DNA from: Desulfomicrobium sp.
GTDB lineage: Bacteria > Desulfobacterota > Desulfovibrionia > Desulfovibrionales > Desulfomicrobiaceae
DNA length: 64,000 nt
Reading direction: 5' to 3'
Assembly: GCA_040768745.1 (NCBI GenBank)
Contig: JAXGMI010000002.1
Span: 768,001 to 832,000, forward strand
Under the pieces are notes generated by a model, which did not search any database, had not been told where the DNA came from, and saw only the letters and a program-made list of their open reading frames with translations. Made by a program: the position numbers and the translations under genes. Below, piece by piece: positions 62,839 through 64,000 of the stretch; the first letter of the stretch is position 1; each line of letters begins with the position of its first letter.

Positions 62839-63755
62839 AGCCTGATGCGGTTGATGGACAGACCGCTCAGATCCATGCGCCCCAGATTCATCTCAGACGC
62901 AAGCTGGATGTGGCGGATGTCGGCCGGCTCCACGCCGAAGAGCTTTGCCGCGGCAGCGTCGGCCGCCACCGGATCCGTGGAGACGATGAGCGATTGCATC
63001 AGGACGATGTCTCCGACGGACAGACCGCGGGGACCATTCTGCTTCATCACGTTGTAGGCGTCCACCACGGTCAGCGCAGGCCTGCGGAAGGTCATGAAAT
63101 CCGCGATGCACTGGTGCAGGTCGTTGCGGTGCCAGTACCCCCGGTCCCAGACCACACCCATGAGGTTCTTCATGCCGATGGTGAGCATCGTCGAGCTGTG
63201 GTGCTTCAGGACCGGAACATTGATGACCACGTCCGCCTCCAGGAACAGCTCGTGGACCTTGACTTCGCCCAGACGCCTCCCGCCCGGCACGGAAACCCGC
63301 TGGTAGTATCCCTCGCTGTCCCCCGACACGATCTTCCCGCCGGCGCTCCGGACCGCCATCTCGATGCCGCTGTTCCTGTAGCACTGCATCCACGGGTCGC
63401 AGGCATGGTCGAACACGGACACTTCCCGGGCTTCGGCACCCAGGCAATGCTCGATGATGCGGCCCACGAGCTTCGGGTTCGTGTTTCCGGCGCGATCCGG
63501 CGTCACGTCCCAGCCGATGTTCGGCTTGACCAGCACCCTGCTCCCTTTGGGCACGAAGGTCTGCATCCCGCCAAGGGAGGCCATGGCCTGGTCGAACATG
63601 ACCTCCGGCTCCCCGCCCCGCACGGCCACGAGGTCGTATGCCGGGGCTGGCTGGCCAGTGGCGGCCAGGAGGGGTGCATAGTTTCCGAGAGCCACCGCCG
63701 AACCGGCGACGACGGTCCCCTTGACCACGTTCTTCAGGAAATGACGACGATTCAT
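62835..63755 (-). CDS. DUF362 domain protein with Tat signal
   Basis: MNRRHFLK, VLVKPNIGW, INVPVLKHH, MKNLMG, DPVAAD. Confidence 0.88.
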   Translation of the reverse strand: MNRRHFLKNVVKGTVVAGSAVALGNYAPLLAATGQPAPAYDLVAVRGGEPEVMFDQAMASLGGMQTFVPKGSRVLVKPNIGWDVTPDRAGNTNPKLVGRIIEHCLGAEAREVSVFDHACDPWMQCYRNSGIEMAVRSAGGKIVSGDSEGYYQRVSVPGGRRLGEVKVHELFLEADVVINVPVLKHHSSTMLTIGMKNLMGVVWDRGYWHRNDLHQCIADFMTFRRPALTVVDAYNVMKQNGPRGLSVGDIVLMQSLIVSTDPVAADAAAAKLFGVEPADIRHIQLASEMNLGRMDLSGLSINRIRL

Positions 63756-63857
63756 GCACGCCCTCGCTGGTTTTCCCGTTTCACGAACCTCAAAACGGCC
63801 TTCCACCCCTCCTCGGCGCCAAGACACGCGGGTGGCCGGAAAGAGACAGCCGTTGCG

Positions 63858-64000
63858 TCAGAGGATTTCCCTCACCGCCGCGATCAGCTGATCCTCTCCT
63901 GGGATGTAAAAACGCTCCAGGGGTGGGCTGGCGGGCACCGGGATGTCCGGACCTGTCACCCGGCGCAGCGGCGCCTTGAGGCTTGCGAATCCCTCCTCCA
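63858..64000 (-). CDS. C-terminus of a 2-oxoacid/acetoin dehydrogenase E1 beta-type (transketolase-C) subunit; partial
   Basis: EEGFASLKAPLRRVTGPDIPVPASPPLERFYIP...REIL*. Confidence 0.8.
   Translation of the reverse strand, partial: EEGFASLKAPLRRVTGPDIPVPASPPLERFYIPGEDQLIAAVREIL

Noticed and set aside
46405..64000. Second att site (duplicated tRNA-Pro 3' end) or integrase gene
   Set aside because: None found by eye, so the island's far boundary cannot be set

Overview
GC-rich bacterial chromosomal window. Gene content and order suggest a sulfate-reducing deltaproteobacterium (Desulfomicrobium/Desulfovibrionales-like); this is inference only. Bases 1-46.3 kb are mostly core genome. They include tandem NlpC/P60 genes, alr, degQ and hsp20, and a co-directional signalling cluster (PilZ, PstS-OmpA fusion, receiver, triple-Hpt hybrid kinase, WspR-like receiver lacking GGDEF, GAF-PilB/GspE ATPase). 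They also include an RlmN-like/photolyase/tamAB operon, a TPR-PilB ATPase, ilvBNC, tatA, miaA-coaD-rsmD, ftsY and c-di-GMP proteins. An accessory region starts at tRNA-Pro(CGG) (46328-46404). It holds integrase-arm-like repeats, an IS1634 element with an abutting inverted partial copy, a proC pseudogene and yhdT-panF. A minus-strand run then carries three RNA-level signals not shown by the ORF track: a yybP-ykoY (Mn2+) riboswitch ahead of a Tim44-domain gene and a CaCA antiporter, a hidden selenoprotein (in-frame UGA plus SECIS-like hairpin) of the C_GCAxxG_C_C family, and a guanidine-II riboswitch ahead of gdx/sugE, with a GNAT-deacetylase fusion in between. After that come an IS1182 that duplicated a whole terminator hairpin, a second tatA, a CorC/HlyC transporter, a polyferredoxin with an internal twin-arginine motif and a DUF362 Tat substrate. 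All calls come from manual motif reading; no database searches were run.
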